Origin: Azolla caroliniana
Taxonomy: Eukaryota; Plantae; Polypodiophyta
Assembly (NCBI GenBank): GCA_043228905.1
Contig: JBHGNT010000003.1
Span: 62,001 to 126,000 of the forward strand
Reading direction: 5' to 3'
Length of the DNA stretch: 64,000 bases
Shown here piece after piece: positions 61,864-64,000 of the stretch (position 1 is its first letter; every line of letters starts with the position of its first letter). The translations under genes were made by a program, and so were the position numbers. The notes beneath the pieces were generated by a model. That model worked only from the letters and a program-made list of their open reading frames with translations, was not told the origin of the DNA and did not search any database.

Positions 61864-62770
61864 TGTTGTTGGGGTGGGGGTTGAAACCTAGAATGGCTTT
61901 AGCCCCCTCCCAAGGGGGTTACGATGGAGAGAGAGAAAAGGAGAGTGAAAATCAGAAATGACACAAAAATGTAGAGGGGAAAAAGTTATATTCATTACAT
62001 GCCCCATAAGGGGTTTATATAATACATAATGTTATTCATTACATGCCCCATAAGGGGTTTATATAATACATAATGTAACGGTAAGTAATATGTCCCTTAC
62101 AAAAAGAGACCGTTACATTCTTGTCACATGCACATACTCATCCTCACCCTCATATACATTACACATACCGAACAACCCCTTTAACGTGTTTTACCCTTAT
62201 ACCACCCCATACAACTCCTATAGGTAACACATGGCACGCCTGTGGGACAGTGCATTCACGATGAACCCACTCGCTATGGCAACTATTAACGACTGGAACT
62301 CCATCAGTCGTCTCAACGATTGGAAATCCATCGAACGGATCATAGCTCTACGATCGATAACTTCGATCATAGCATTGCTTGACTCGAACCTTCTCGTTCG
62401 GTCAGCACATCGCTCAATTGGATCACACACCAATTGGCTCCTCCATTGCGGCATGGGCCTTTCATGATTCTGTTACATGTATGTGTATTTTTCGGTTTCG
62501 TCATGTGAATTGAGCTTTGTATTTTGTACCCTTGGTCTCTAAAAATTTTACCCTCAAGTTTTTTTTCTTTTTTTCAAATTTTATTTTTGGCCCTTGAGTT
62601 TTCGAAATTATGCATTCTGCCCTCCACTTTTTGAAATCTCACGTCATGCCCTTGAGCTTTTGAAATTTCATCTTGTCTGCCCTTTTGTTTCTGAAATTTT
62701 CTCTTCATAGCCCTCTTCTCTTTCTTTCTTTGTGCGTTCTTCTCTTCTTTTGCTTCTTCTTCGTTTGCCT
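61864..62770 (-). mobile_element. Non-coding LTR element, copy 3 (3' LTR 61864-62229 plus 3' internal region)
   Basis: Homologous to 30213-31050; plus-strand TGGCACGCCTGTGGGAC at 62232-62248; ~44-bp duplication inside the LTR; right end approximate. Confidence 0.87.
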
Positions 62771-62814
62771 TTGCTTTACCTCAATCATCCGAATTGATCA
62801 CACCATCTGGGATC

Positions 62815-63560
62815 TCAGAGGTGTTGCTTATGCGAGATTGAAGGAGATCTGAGATCATGCTCATAATCATGGTCTCTATCACGATCTTTGGAATGAGCAG
62901 CCAATTGTCGCAATACTACCTTGATTGCATGTGTTATGTCCTTGATGATTCTTCCACGCTTGATCCTCCCTGTGTGAGCTTATTATCAGATCAATAATTA
63001 TACTCATGCGGTGGCGATGGCAGCGGCAACGATTGCAGTGGCATCCAATTTCTCAGCAATCTTATCGTGGTTGCCAAGATTTATATCCTCTAAAGCAGTA
63101 TACTGAGAAGAGCTAAAACTCACAATATCTCATGATGCAAATTCTGTTATACTAACATCTTCCATTTCCTCTTCTTCTTCCATAATCAGATCAGAGGTGT
63201 TGCTTATGCGAGATTGAAGGAGATCTGAGATCATGCTCATAATCATGGTCTCTATCACGATCTTTGGAATGAGCAGCCAATTGTCGCAATACTACCTTGA
63301 TTGCATGTGTTATGTCCTTGATGATTCTTCCACGCTTGATCCTCCCTGTGTGAGCTTATTATCAAATCAGTAATTATACTCATGCGGCAGCGATGGCGGC
63401 GGCAACAATTGCGGTGGCATCCAATTTCGCAGCAATCTTATCGTGGTTGCCAAAATTTATATCCTCTAAAGCAGTATACTGAGAAGAGCTAAAACTCACA
63501 ATATCTCATGATGCAAATTCTGTTATAATAACATCTTCCACTTCCTCTTCTTCTTCCATA
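62815..63560. repeat. ~377-bp tandem duplication in an unidentified decayed minus-strand acidic ORF
   Basis: TCAGAGGTGTTGCTTATGCG at 62815 and ~63191; both units end CTTCTTCTTCCATA. Confidence 0.88.
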
Positions 63561-64000
63561 GCCAGATCTTGATTTAAGAAGCTTACAGGTTGTCTTTGAT
63601 CATCGTTTTCTTCTTCTGCATAGCTCATGAGCTGAGGATTACGAAGCGAGATGTAGCTAATTCTATTTCTATGCTTTTTAATCATCTCTGTAAACAGCTC
63701 CTCCTTCTGATTCATGATTATATTATCCTCAGATTGTCCTCCCAGATTATCCGATTTGTTCTCACATGCATTGGTTCTAGCAACGAAGAAGAAATCCTTA
63801 TCTCCACTGGCATCCCGAGATGCTGCTATCTTTTGTGCATGCTCCTCTGCTCGAATGACTTGCTTTCCACGCATATGGTCACATTTCTTGGGCCAGACTT
63901 GATCCTCTAGAAAGCAGCTGACTGCACTGATTGCAATCAGATCTTTGACAATCCTCTCTGTACATTCAGTGCATTACCTCCTCCAGTGTCTTCATGTGTC

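Noticed and set aside
62231-62467. 78-aa ORF also present at 30433-30795
   Set aside because: Similarity follows from repeat copy identity; starts differ, it overlaps the primer motif and has no recognisable domain.

Overview
Plant nuclear DNA, most likely a moss (inferred from the element families, not verified), about 85% made of nested retrotransposons. The only clear host gene is an intronless STIG1-like secreted cysteine-rich protein (9892-10614, minus). The rest is decayed Ty3/Gypsy elements (a tRNA-Trp-primed family with 4-bp TSDs and tRNA-Arg-primed families with 5-bp TSDs), a five-level Ty1/Copia nest (33596-58569) with two young full-length copies, an L1-like LINE and a hAT-type MITE. 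Most unusual: (1) a Gypsy lineage and a non-coding partner LTR element carry a tRNA-Arg 3'-end copy (GTCCCACAGGCGTGCCA + 2 nt) where the polypurine tract should be, giving inverted PBSs at both internal ends and suggesting tRNA priming of both cDNA strands; (2) a 145-bp U3-U3 fold-back palindrome integrated with a clean 5-bp TSD; (3) CpG-centred target sites for the Trp-primed Gypsy family; (4) a ~890-codon extra ORF after integrase; (5) two young Copia copies sharing the same two premature stops. All comparisons were made by eye; no database searches were run.
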